Source: Moniliella sp. 'wahieum' (taxonomy: Eukaryota). Taken from it: a stretch of DNA of 64,000 bases. The notes under the pieces were generated by a model. That model did no database searches. It was not told the origin of the DNA and worked only from the letters and a program-made list of their open reading frames with translations. The stretch is taken from positions 868,001 to 932,000 of the forward strand of contig RSEE01000007.1 of NCBI GenBank assembly GCA_003971905.1, read 5' to 3'. Shown in pieces: positions 36,801 through 49,850 of this stretch. Each line of letters opens with the position of its first letter. The stretch's first letter is position 1. Position numbers and translations under genes: made by a program.

Positions 36801-39800
36801 GTTGGGGTGCAGGGCCTGATCAACAGGGGCGCCAGGTTTAAAGCACTTCTGCGTCGGCGACGCATCCAACCTGAAAAAGGTCACACCGATTAACATATTC
36901 TTGAGGTATATGGCCAACACATGTTTTCGCTCTCTTCCTTCTCAACCAATGGCATCTGGCGAAGACGGTCAATCTCCAATCATAATCACCACCCCATACA
37001 ATAACTGCGCTTCCGAACGGTGATCAAGTGGGTCTGATCCCGACAGTATCGTTGCCAATCTCTCTCGATACTGATGACGCGGATGACGGATTTCGATTTA
37101 TGCAGATGATGTCGATGGTGTCTCGATGAAAAGCGGCTCACAAAGGCGAAGGTGGGGGAAACAGAGACGAAAAAAGCAAGAGATCTGCGTGCAATGCGGT
37201 CTTTTAGGCCTTCTAAGTTCGGTCTTAATGTTCAGATCGATTGTCACGTCATCTCATCAATTCACTGCCCTCGTCACTATGACGATGGCGGGATGGCTTA
37301 TTGCAGATGATACATCTCCAACGTGACGTTCTCTCGACTGTGAGTTACTGTGCGGTCAAGAAAATACGCGTTAGAAGACAGAGATGCCACCCACATCTCC
37401 TTCCGCGAAAGCCGAGCCTGGATTCGCCAAGTACATCAAAAAACAGTCATAGGTTTTATACGACCGTTGCAGCACTCAGCGGCACCATGCATATATCAGC
37501 TGGATCACCACAACACCATTGTTGTAAACTGTGCGGGGGATTTCCTTTTTCTGGGGGCGTATAATAGCGTGTATCCCGACGAAGGAGATTAAATTCCCGT
37601 TCATGCATACCCTGCTTTCAACGCTTCAAAGTTCAGGGCCTCAGGCTGGCCTGAGCGCCTCAATCAGGGGAGCAGTAGAGCCGTACACTGTATAGCACTT
37701 CAAAAGTTTCCACAGCTAGCTTCAAGCTACATGCTACACGTTGTGCTGTGATATCAGCCCTCAGGCGAGGGTGCATGTATATACGATCGTTGTCAACTCT
37801 TCTTTATTCAGACCAAATGATTGTGCCCTGCCTTTTTGTATGGTGAGTACTGAATGCTTTTTGACGACGGTGGTCAGTATATATACTCATCGTACTCTCG
37901 TACTCCCATCAGTGGCGCAACTTCGAAGACATATTTCTTCCTCGGAAGTCAATGTACTCATTCATTGGCACCACAGATATCATCTCAATTAATCATCGAT
38001 TAGGTGCTCTGGGGTCTATATATGTAACAGAGTGTGGCGCCACACTGGTGTAGTGGCGCCGGTAGCCCAAGCCCGGGTCCTTCCTTTCAATATTTCGTCT
38101 TGGAGGGCAGAAATATTCTCAGTGGCCTCGGTTCCTTTACCGAGAGGGAGTGCCTTGTTCAGAGTTCCCTCATGCGCCCACAACCCTACGCGCCTGTACT
38201 TGGACCAGTGGTGTTCAGCCTATTTTATACCCGCGGTAGAGAAAGTTGCCCGCTGCCCACACAGTAGAGCCAACTATGCGCAACTGTTGGAATCCGCACT
38301 TCACTTTTCCGGTATGTAGCGTACACGTAATGCCCAACGGACCTAGGGCCTACTGCCTGTGTATATATACTCGTGTTAATCATTAATCGAATTAATCACC
38401 CCGCTCCTCTCCGCCCCCCCTGTCTGTCGCCAAGACACGCAGTCCTGGCATGGTTGATTCGATGACGCTCTGTTTTCAATGTGTGCGCTCAGGAGTACTG
38501 AATGTACTCAGTACTCACTATACGAATAGGTATGGATCGAGCCGCAACAGGCCGCAACAGGAGGTGCATCGGGCCAAGCGGCGAAATTTGCTCAGTTTTC
38601 TCGGGCGCGTGGTGGCGGCACGGCAATGGGGCGCGCAAGATTGATTAAGATTAATCAAGCCCCATTCTGCATCCCCCATCCCCTTCCATCAGACCCCTGC
38701 CTCAGGCCTCACATGCTCACATGTGCAGCTCACGGCAACTTTCCCTGCAACTCTCCTTTATTTGGCCCTGAAGGGTGAGTCTCACCGGACGCTGAAACGG
38801 CAACCGAGCCCGGAGCAACCGAGAGCGGTGCATCGGCCACTGCATATGTGCTTCTTTGAAAATATATGCACACAATCGCCATTAATGGAATGATTACTGA
38901 TTACCTTCATCAACGTCCAAGTCGCTTCGCACCATGCTGTGTCTGTGCGAAGAGTGTGGACCAGGGGGTGGGGAAAGCCTATGTGTGGGGGCAACGAGCT
39001 GGCAACGGCGCGATAGGCAAAGCCGGAACGATGTTTACTAGGGCATGGTCTGGCATGTGGGGGCGCATGGATAGGAGGGCGGGAGATTTTGAGCTAGAAT
39101 TCGCTGTGTCAAAACCACACAAAACCGCGCTTTACTATGGGCAAAGAGAGGGGTTGGGGATAGCGGCGTGCCTCCAGGGTGCCTAGAACGCACCTACGGT
39201 ACCTAGCACCCCACTGGCCACCCATACGGCACGGAAACACAGCCCCCAGAGGGCGTCCATAGAACACAGAGCACCACAACGGGCAACCACACTCTCTGGC
39301 CGCAGCACATGTGGCACCTGTGTTTTCTCCTTCGGCCACCCGCGCTCGGTAATAGGCACCACAACGCACCGAGCTGTTTCCGGCGTCAGGTTCAGGCGCT
39401 CAGTGCGTCAGCGCGTCAGCACTGGCTGAAGCCTCAGGGCCTCAGGGCCCCAGACCCCAAGCGAAGACTTGATTTCTCCCTCTGTGGCTGTTCAACGTGT
39501 TCAGCGTTGGGTTCAACGTTCTCCCCGCGGCTCCCACATGTGTCCCAGCTCCGAATCATTGATTAATCACTGAATCACCCTGATCGATGATGTCTGATCG
39601 ATGAGATCGATGATCGATGATCCTCGATGCTCGATAGTCGGCAGTTACTAGTTACCTAGTTCCCGGTTCCCGATTACCGTAGCCAATTGACCAGTTGATC
39701 ACACTTCCAGCACATGCACCGGCTTCCCCCTCTTTCTCTGTCCGCTTCCATTTTATTTCTTTGGAGAGCAAGTCACGAGTCACGCATCCCGAATCGGCGT

Positions 39801-40994
39801 AATCGATAGATACTCTTCCTCTCGAGCGCAACGAGGGATGCAGGATGGCCGATGGCAGATGACTTTGATGGCTCGATGACTCGATATCCGATGGACGCCC
39901 GGGGCAGGTCAGGTGGGCGAGCGCACCCCGATGCACCCTGTTTGGGCTGGATCCCCCGTCCTGAAACCCTCAGCCTCATGCAGGTGTGGGAAGCAGCGCT
40001 GAATTGGGCGCAGAGAACGGGAAGAAGCCTCGCGGCTTCAAGTTTCAAATTCCAACAGGAACATCTCATGATCTCATGCTGCAGCACACCGGCCCTGCTA
40101 GCTACGGGAAGCAGTGAAGCTGAAGCCAGTTGAACGTTGACGCTGACGCTGGAAGCTTGATGGTCGCCTTGGCTTCACTTGCTTCTGCGCTTCGCTTCAG
40201 CCGCTCCACGCGTCGCCTTCAGCAAAAGCATCACACGCAAGCGGGCTGGCTTGCCGCTTGCAGGCGGTTCGGCCCGTAGTAGCACGTTGCAGCACCCGCC
40301 CTCAGCGCTTAGCCTCAGCTCAGCCGCCCCCCTGGTGTTGGATGGCCATGTTGGATGGATGATGTCGATGATGCAGCTGCGTGGTGTGCAGTGTTTATAA
40401 AAAGTCAACTAGCTCCCCTAGTCACTCGTCGCAGTCACTGAGTCCAGTCACCCGTCACTATAATAGGCTAGTCCCAGTCACTAGTCACTTGGCTAGTCAG
40501 CGTCAGCGCAGCCAACGTTCAGTTCATCCCAACGCTCAGCCGCTCAGCCGCCCCCTGCCGCTCCCCCAGCAAGCGCATGCCGTCCTTTGTGAATCTGACC
40601 AAGCGCACACCCGACTCACTTACGTAGATCAGACAACCCTTTCGCTCCACTTGCCCGCCACCCCCCCGCCACCATTTCCAAGACGTGGTATGCAGGCAGG
40701 AACGCCCGACGGTGTGGTGATGAATGATTCACGGCAACAATCAACTCTCAGATCTCAACGCTTTCAAGCTTCAACCCTGCCCCGCCCGCGCCTGGCCTCA
40801 CCTGGCCACGCCGGCGCCTCCTTGGCGGGGGGCTGGGTCTGTTTCTTATTTTTCACCCCCACCCACAGGACCTAGTTGGCCTCTTCCCTTCTCCCCGTCC
40901 CCCCACCACACTCCACCTGCCTCCTCCCAGCGTCTTCGCGCCCGTGGCTCTCGTTGACATTGGCTGAGAACACATTTATATTCATCCTACCACC

Positions 40995-42397
40995 ATGTCC
41001 CGCCTCGCCCCTTCTGCTCACTTACCCCCTCCCGCCACGGTGCTCAGGTCCAAGCGCAAGGCATCTCCCTTGCATCAGTCCCCCTCTCGCCCAGTGCCCT
41101 CAACCCCTGCACCCTGCCTGCGCTGCCTATCCACCTGTTGCCCGTCCAACCGCGCTCGCCCCACCCCCACCCGAACCGACAGCCAAGCGATCCCGTGCAC
41201 GTCCCACTCGCCCCTCCTACTCGGAACTGGCAAAGTGGTTTGCTGAGGTTCTCTGTTCCCTCTGGTTTTCTTCACGCCCTCCTGAACTGGTATCTGCTGA
41301 ACCCACGGCGCCCTATTCCGCTTTGACCCACGGTCTACTTCCGGGTAACACATCCCATCGCCCTCCTATTGCGGCGGACTGGACCACTCGCCGGTTACGC
41401 CCCTCTTCTCAATTTATTACGGGGTTAAGAGAGGTGTTTCGCAGTCTGCGACCCACACAAGACTCGTTGCTCGTCGCGCTGTACGTCCTTACCCACTTTT
41501 CTTCTTTCACATGATATACTGACCATGAGCTGGGATTAGACTCTATGTTCGTCGCTTTAAGGATCTCCACCCTGATGTGCTCGGAGAGACCGAGTCCGAG
41601 TACCGTGTATCCGTGGCTGGGCTGGTGCTGGCCAACAAATTACTCGAGGACCATACCTACACGAGCAAAACGTGGGCAGACATTGTCGCACCCCACCAAG
41701 CTTGTTACTGCGTGCGAGGCGCAACTGTGGGCCGGTCTAGGCTTTAGCATCCATGTTACTCCCGACCAACTTGCCACGTGGCGAACACATGTGACCCATC
41801 TGTTGGCTCAACGTACCTCGGAAATCCAAGCGTCCGAATTGGCTGCTCAACAGCAAGCGCTCCGGCATGTTTCGCCGGGAGCCACCCCTCCTTGGCCTTT
41901 CTCGCCTCTTCGCCGGCCCCCCGCCGTATCCGTTATGCTCACCATTGCGCTACCACCATAAGGCGGTTCCTTTACAGGGCAATGGCGTCTACTCATCTAC
42001 CTCGCCTGAACCCCCGCAGGCGCCGACGGGCGATTTCACCTTTACATCGCCAGGCTGCTTGTTAAGGGATGTATCATGCAGTTTGCTGCCGCCTCCGATG
42101 GCCATTTCCTTTTCCAGTCCAATGGACACCATGCCCTCTACGCCCGGGGCCGGACTAAATTCGGCACCGTACACCTGGGCCATGCCTACATATCCAACCT
42201 CTGCATATGCCGAGTCCAAGCGGTTGCCCTACCCGGCTAGCACGGCCGATCCCATTGCTCTGCCACCTATGCTTACGCACCCCTTCCTCCCTCCTGCATA
42301 CTCTACGGCGCTCGCTGCGCCTTCGCATCTTCCGCCGTACAAGTCCGTTCCTGGGCCGTTTTCAGCGACCTCGCCAACCCATGCCTGGCAGCTTTGA
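40995..42397 (+). CDS. Pcl/Clg1-type cyclin-box protein with Pro-rich tails
   Basis: LAKWFAEVLCSLWF; SLLVAL then intron about 41481-41539; ESEYRVSVAGLVLANKLLEDHTYTSKTWADI matches the Pho80/Pcl cyclin-box pattern. Confidence 0.85.
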
Positions 42398-43475
42398 CTA
42401 CCAGTCGCCCTGTCCGGGTGAAGGTCCGGGTTAACCTTGCTTTCTATCTACCTCACAACCCCTCCTCCATCTTGTTCCCGTCTCGGCCTGCATCGTCCAT
42501 GTGTACACTTCAACTTCTCTGCAATTTTCATTCCAACACCATCCCCCACCTCAGCTAGCCCCCTGTCACATTGCTTGTCCCCTGACGACCTCCATGCTGT
42601 GTCGTTGCTCTTTGGGAACGAAGGTTGAATGGGTTGAATCCATAGAGGAAGCGGACGGTAGAGCGAGGGGGATCGGTGTGGTCTATAATAATAGCCTTCA
42701 GCATGTGGGCGCACAGGGACAGGAGAGGGGCGAGTGCTGACATAATCTGGGGGTTCAGGCGGGCCCGCCGCGTTCCGTTATTGTTTGGCCTTGCTGCTTG
42801 CTGTGTTCCCACTGTGACCCCTATCGATGAAGTGGAGCCCCTCGGCCATCGCAGACCTTAAGGCAGGACTTGTAGCTCATCGTCGCGATCACTTTGGGTG
42901 CGGCGTGCGGGCTGGATATCAAGCAACTTCAACGGGTGGCCTTTTAGATGATGTACCAAGCCACCTGGACGACTTTTCGTGCACCGTGTGTCGGTCGAAC
43001 TGGCCGTGCGGGCAGTTGTGGAAAGGTGGAAATGTGATGCCCATCCTCACCCCTCTCAATAAGAACGTTATCCACACCACTGTCCCATCTGAAATGCAGG
43101 CTTCGGGTACCAATTCGGCGTGAAGGTACCAGAAGGCCAGGTCCATCCGTATTGCTCGGGCGTCCGTGGCACAGGTTTCGCCCGTCTCGAGTCGCACCGC
43201 AGGAAAACAAAGAATCCAACGTCGGCGCCTAACCCACGCTTCAATTACTCATCGACTCCAACAATCTTGGGCACATCGCATATGCCATCCTGATGAATAA
43301 CACGATCCTCTTCGCGGGGGCGCAAGCTGTATTTGAAGCTGACCATGGGGTACTCGGTGCTCTTGGGCGCGATTCGGTGCTGTAGAAGAAATGCATTTTC
43401 CCCATGTATGCTGCTTTGCATTGCCATCCATATGAAGAACCACCATTCTAGTGAATTCCTACAGTACTTAAGGTA

Positions 43476-45810
43476 TTAACCAAGAGGCTGAACCACCACC
43501 GATTTACCAGCCCATTGATGCGGTAACTGGATCTGGGACCGTCCCGTGCCATCGTCAAACGTGGCGGAACCGAGCCATTCGCCAGGCTGGCTGCCATCCG
43601 ACTCGGTCGCCGCAAACACTTCATAGAATGGAGTCCAGGGAGCAAAGTCAGGCCATTCGGCCAAGCCCTTCTGGTTGACCTGGACGCCCGAGTCTCGTCC
43701 AGGGCCGAGTTGGGTGCAACGAGCGCCACAGCGCCCACAGTGATATCGACCGACTTGGTCTGCCCCCCTTGGGCTGCACGTGAATCCCCAACTGCGCCAC
43801 AGGTCCACCAGAGCCGTCAAGTCCATCTGACCTTCGCTCCGCACCCAACCAGACCCAAGGAGCGTCGAGGTGAACTCGGCGACTGGCTTGTCATTCATGC
43901 TCGGAACCAGCGTCACATCTTCAGATGACTTGAACACGCAGACGAGCTTGACCAGGGTAGGGTGGTTTGCTATGGCGAGATGAATCAAGGGGACAAAGGC
44001 AGCGGTGGTTGGGTCCTGGAAGGTGACGGCCAACTTGATGGCCAAATTGCCCGCCCACACTTCCTGCGCCTCCTCCTGCACAGATACCGTCGCGCCCCGG
44101 AGCAAAAAGTCCGACTGGGACCGAACATTCGGCCACAGCGCTTCGGGCTGAGGCATGGTTGCCCCGACATCCGTGTATCCGGCAGCTCCCTTCTCTGGGA
44201 CGGGACCGGCGGCGATGGCCAGAACGGTGCGGCCCCGCACAGCCCATCGTGTTCCGGATCCTCGCGCAAACGAGGTGTAGAATCCGCGCGAAGCGCAGAG
44301 ACGGGACGGGATGGGGAGGAAAGTAGTAGGCCAAAGGCGCCGATCCTTCCCCGCGGTCTTGTCGCGCTCCAGAACCGGTGCGTGGTACCCCTGGGCAGGG
44401 TGGCCGCGCCAAAACTTGACATCTTCTTCCCACCAGGCATCCCAAGACCGACCCTCTCGCCCAGGTTCCTCGTGCTCCCACGTCCAACCGGGCGCGAACA
44501 GAGCGACACTGAGACCGGAGGGAGAGCGGTCGGAGGCGAGGCCCTTGCCGAACCGATGGGGCATCACCATGTCCAAACTCTTGTACGTCTCGCGTCCGCC
44601 ATAGCAGTTGCGTCCAAACACATCAATGCCAGTAAAGATCTGATTGCGAGGACGTTGGCTGCCCAGCACTTGAAGCGAACACAGCAGTGCCGGATGGAAT
44701 CCGCCTTCTTCCGGCGTGCCATCGTACTTGGGCGAAGGCAAGGGCAGTGCACCTGGTACGGCAGGTCGTAGGGTGGGACTAGCCCACGTATAATTGGTAA
44801 AGATACTGTCGGCAGCCTGGAAGAACGGCTGGTTGAGGTTGGTGAGCGCATCCTGCCATTGAAGCAGTCCATCCGAATAGGTCACCGAGTCATACCAGCT
44901 GACGTGCCAGCTACGTTTGGGGCCCGGGCGCGTTCCCGCATCGACTTGCTTGTTGTAGGCTTCGACGCGCTCTTGCCCGGAACTGCGCAAATAGCTGACC
45001 CATGCTCGGAGGCGGCGTGCATTGCGCCTGCGTTCGCGCGCGCGCACAGCAGTATGCACCCAACTTGGCCACTGCTCGGCGCTGCACTGGAACCCGAGCT
45101 CAAGGGGTAATTCAATGTTGACCAACCAGCCATCCAGGCCACGCTCAATGGCCAGGGAAATCAGCACATCGGCATAAAAGGGAGACACAAGGTCGTTCCC
45201 TTCGCCCCCGCCGGGCAAGGGCAAGTACTCGTCGTCAGGCCCCAGCAGCAGTTGCGAAAGGCCTGGGATGGCTTCCTTCCACTCAAAGATACTGTGTCAA
45301 GTCGCCGCGTTAGACGGGACGAGACGACGGGGGCAGGGCAGGGTCAGAATACATACATGGTTCCCAAATCTTCGTCCCAGCGCGGTGGGCAGCTTGAATC
45401 CAGGCCATGGGTGGGGGGAAATGGTCTTGTGGAAAAGTATACAAAGTAGTCGGCCAGTTGCCTTGGCATGGGCATGGTCAGCATCTTTGCGACTAGGATT
45501 CAGACAGGGGGCGAGGGGAGGCGCACCAGTGCTCAAACGTGTATCCTCGCCGGGTAGGCGTCTCGTTGTACCCGCCCTGAAAGTCGTGGGCGACCATCAA
45601 GAGCGGGCGGTTGGGGTTACCGGGTGTCAGGGTGGAGGCAGCGGGGGTGCGGGCAGCTATGGCCTCCATGTCGGCGACACTCAAATGCTGGCGGTGGTGC
45701 ACAGCACTGGGATCGAGGGCGACCTCGGCCCAACTCTCGAGGAGAAGGAGGTCCTCAAAGTAGGGCGGCGCATCAGTCGGGTCGGGCGGGAGGGAGAAGG
45801 AGGCAGGCAT
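43476..45810 (-). CDS. ENGASE: Endo-beta-N-acetylglucosaminidase, glycoside hydrolase family 85
   Basis: VAHDFQGGY; YTFEHW; GLDGWLVNIE (catalytic N-x-E); WYDSVT; WQDALT; IFTNYTW; GIDVFGR; SVALFAPGWTWE. One likely intron near 45452-45527. Confidence 0.93.
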
Positions 45811-46186
45811 GGGAGCGGGCGTGGAGGGTGGAGGGGTAGCGGGTAGCAGCGAGCGTGTTGGCCAGTTGCGTGGCTTTGCCAGCAGTGGCTAGCGCCTACC
45901 AGTGGGGCTGAATATATGCAGGGACGGATCGCCGCGCTGGCTGACATAATACCGACTACCTAGTTACTACTTGCTGCGCCACCTCCCCCCCGCCACCTTT
46001 CGGTGCAAGCCATCCAAAGTTTCAACGGACACGTGCGCCGCACACGGACGAACCCTGCCTGTCAGCCGGTCACGTTTTTTAGCAGTAGGGTTGCTGCTTC
46101 GGTCCTTCGACAAGCCAAGCCCAGCACTCCCGCGCGCAACAGGCATCGGCAGTGCTCACCACCACCACCTCCTTATTTTGCCCACC

Positions 46187-46727
46187 ATGGAGTCCATTGC
46201 CGACCAGGTATGTCCCCAGCGTGCCACTCGACGGCCGCCTGACCCTTGCCCGCCACTCATACTGACCTGGGCTGCCTCTGCCTTTGACCAGTTTGTCAAC
46301 TTCTACTACTCGCAGTTCGACACGTCGCGCGACGCTCTTGCGCCCCCTTACGTGTGTATCCTCCCCTCCTGGGGCTTGCAGCCAGCTTTCTTTTGGCGCA
46401 CAGGCATGCTAACTCGACCTCTATGGCTCCTATGTTTTCCCATCTAGCGCGACCACTCGATGCTCACCTTCGAGGGTTCCCAGCACCAGGGTACGGCGGC
46501 CATCATCGAGAAGCTCAAGGCGCTGCCATTCAGACTGTCAAGCACCAGGTGGACACCAAGGATGCCCAGCCGACGGGTGCCGACAGCAACCAGCATTGTT
46601 GTGCTGGTCACGGGCAAGCTCTTGGTTGATGACTCGCCTGCTCCGCTCCAGTCACCCAGACCTTCACCCTCAACCCGAAGGTGGCTCGTTCTACGTCTAC
46701 AACGATCTTCCGCCTTTGTACGGCTAA
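46187..46727 (+). CDS. NTF2: Nuclear transport factor 2
   Basis: MESIADQ / FVNFYYSQFD / SMLTFEG...IIEKL..LPF / DAQP / VLVTGKL / FYVYND. Introns about 46208-46291 and 46352-46447; several indels. Confidence 0.95.
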
Positions 46728-47498
46728 AGTGCCCAGCATGCATCCTAGTTACCATAAAGATCTCTTCATTAAACTAGTGATTGCGTATAACCCCCGTACC
46801 AATCATGCATTCAAACTGTTTGTAGAAATGGCAACTGTATGCATTGGCTCGCTCCTCAGTACAACAGTCTCTGTCCTTGCGGCGTTGAGCCAGGTCACCC
46901 AACCCCTCCAGAATCAACTCGCTTGGCCCGACGCGCGTGCCTCCCCTTCGTTTCGGTATTTGCTGGCACCCTCAAGGATGCATTTGCTGCCGGCGTCAAT
47001 CAAGTCCTGGGATGTAGCATCACTCTGATAGAAGAATTGAAGCGCTTTCCTCAGTCGGTGTGAAACTTGGCTGCCGCTGCATCTGCGGCGCCAATGTGTC
47101 ACGCCATCTCACACCTCTTCCTTGCTCGCAGGGCAGCAATAGATGTATGTCCAGCGCCAAGTATCCGCGGCTTGAGTAATCTGGACTCAGGAGAGGGAAC
47201 CCCCGAAATTCAAGTGAACGGAGGAGGGGGGGGCGCACAAGAGACGAACTGGTTAGCCACGCATCCCCAGCCAAACAAAGGCTTGGGACCGTCGATAGTA
47301 CCCTTTTCCTCCTTGCGGTCCCTTTCCACGCCGTCTTCTTTGCCACCGGTCTAAACAGAAGCAGTCAAAGCCTGTATCATCTCAGGTGCACATAGAGGGA
47401 GGAGGCGGCAATGCGGGGATCATACAGGACGTGGGAGGGAATGGCATGGACCGAGGGAAGCGGTGACCACCACACAGCGGATCAACGAAATAGATAAA

Positions 47499-47633
47499 AA
47501 ATATCAGCGGATGTCCGGAGGCTGATATCGGCGACGTATTTGCATGGTTTTGAGGGAAATGATGTCAGCGACGGCGCAAAAGAGGTCGTTGATGTCGCGA
47601 CGGCGCAAAAGAGGTCGTTGATGTCAATGATGT
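47499..47633. repeat. Left subterminal repeats of the CMC element
   Basis: Two 29-30 bp tandem units GATGTC(A)GCGACGGCGCAAAAGAGGTCGTT (47561-47619), plus ATATCGGCGACGT (47525) and ATGTCAATGATGT (47621). Confidence 0.8.
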
Positions 47634-47749
47634 GCAGCGCGGGGGGCCAACTGCCGGCTACATGTGAAACTTTGCGTCGTTTCAAAATCCCACCCGGCCA
47701 CACCATTTCGTGTCTTCTGATGCTAGGAAATGCTACCAGAACCACCTAG

Positions 47750-49850
47750 TCAACACGCGTCCTTCCTATACGCGCGCACGGTAGCTGGCCAACGGCAGGG
47801 AATCGATGCTCTACGGGGACATGCGTCTTCAGATTAGCCAGGGGAACATTGGCAATGGTGTGGTCAAGGTCTAGTCGTCAGGTAAATGGAAGCTCATTTC
47901 ATGTGGACCAAAAGGCAGGCCATGCAGGACAACATTGTGCCCACTGATAGGGGTTTGGCTCATCAGGCGTCCGTCCTGCGGTTAGTTCTGCTTGAGTACA
48001 GGGCAGGCAGGGACGACTGGTGCAGCCCCGCTGAAGATAGGCTTTTGTTGGTCCTTCACATTGCTTTGACCCCGCAAACGAAAGTCATGAAAAGTCTGTT
48101 GGGTTCTCCGAGCAAACCGACGAGATCATCGAGAGTCGTTCGTCCTGATAAATCCATAGTCGGACAGGCGCGTTTGAGAGATGGGTCTGAAACCGAAATC
48201 CGTCAAGCGAGACTGTCTCCCAGAGGTTAGGCTGTCGTATACGCGGACTTGACACTTCTTCACCATCTCTTCTTCTTGTTCCATCAGGTGTGTGTGCTCG
48301 TGAGCCAACCGTCTGACCCATTCCGCGTTGGCTCCGACAACAGTAAGGTGTTGTGGATGAGGCCGGAGCTTGGGCCCCATGGTCCGTGTAGTGTAGGCGT
48401 CCTTCTATCGCAGTGTTCTGACTCGGCCAGATATTCATTGGACCAGATCAATTGTCGGTGGTCACAGAATGACCCTGACCCGTCGAACGGACCAGCAAAG
48501 CGATGAACGACACCAGTTCGACAATGAATACGGGTAACGACAGGTTTTACATTTGCGGACCGGCATGCCCTTCAACTGTTCCTTGACGCAAAACTCCACC
48601 TTTTGCTTAATGAACGCGGTGTTGCGTGTGCGATCTGTCCCAATGTCCGGGAAGATTGTCATTGGAAGTCTCCGCTCATCAGCTGGCAGCCTGGCAAATA
48701 ATAAAGGCGATGTGCAGAGCCACGTCGCGTCGCGCCAGAGGCCCAGGGAAGTACCGATGCGCAGTAGCTCCCACGATAAAGGCTAGAGATAAAGGTGATC
48801 GTGCCAACATACGCGCTTGTGTATTTAGAGCACAGTCGTCTCGCTTGGCAACACATCGCGAGCCGGATGGTGAAGTGGGATTCGCGTTAATCCATCTACC
48901 CCAACTTGCGAGTGGAGGTCATCTGAGACATCACGCATAGTCAACGTGGGAACGGTGAAAATATATTATTTTCCCACTCCAGCGTGGAACGGTGGCTAAG
49001 GGGGCGACGCACAGCAATAGTTAATCTCATCAGTGGCAGGCCCAGTTCGGCGAGCTCTCGCCGCATATACTTTTTGGTAACCACAACTGGATGATGTTGA
49101 TGACGGCAATGAACGGGTTCGTAAAGGGCGCGAACATATTGCTAGCAATCGGACCGTGGTGACTTATTGTTTCCCACATCCTCAATACACAGAGCCGGAG
49201 ACTGCAAAAAGGAGTGCGTCTTATTGTGAGGCATCAGACTTGTGTGTGCGCGCCGAGTTGATCGCCGCTCTGGCTTGGATCCGGACTGAGGATCCGCTGT
49301 CGCTTAGGGTTCGGTAGGCGGGCCAGCCGACTGTGGGCAAAGCACGTTTCAGCGTTGTCCTCCATCCAAAAGCATCTTCCACATCGCCATTTTGCGTGGG
49401 AGACCCAGGGGGCAATCCAGAGAGGGGCTGACGGTGCAATTCAGGGGAGGCCACGTCTGGCATATTAATGTCAGATGTGTGCCACAGTAGAGATGGTGGC
49501 CAGCGCTTGCCGGTTGGAACCAGCTGGGATCGTGCTTGCGCGCCGGAGCACAGGGTGCACGAATGATGCCTGCTGCAGTGTCCGGTGTTGCAGCGGGTTA
49601 TTGGACGCGACCCGGTGTGCCCAGTGTGATCTTGCTGGTGACGTCGGGCGTCCCTGTGTCGAAAAGACGAGTACGGGTATCGATGACATATCCGGTGCAT
49701 ACCAATGGCTGGCAGTGCTGGGCATTCTGGCAGCCGAAAAGAGTTGAAGCAAGAGTTGGAGGAGCTAGGGCTCCAGTGTCCAGTACCTCGGTGTCGATAC
49801 ATTGCCGGTGTACCAACGGCGAACGTTTGAATGTGCGACTCAACTTTCAC
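47750..49850 (-). pseudogene. Fragmented unknown gene inside the CMC element with two PIP-box-like motifs
   Basis: Protein-like minus-strand pieces: LSWELLRIG...FIKQKVEFCVKEQLKG; WVRRLAHEHTHLMEQEEEMVKKCQVRVYDSL; QSRLTDFGF and QTRLSDYGF. Boundaries uncertain; stops and frameshifts present. Confidence 0.45.
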
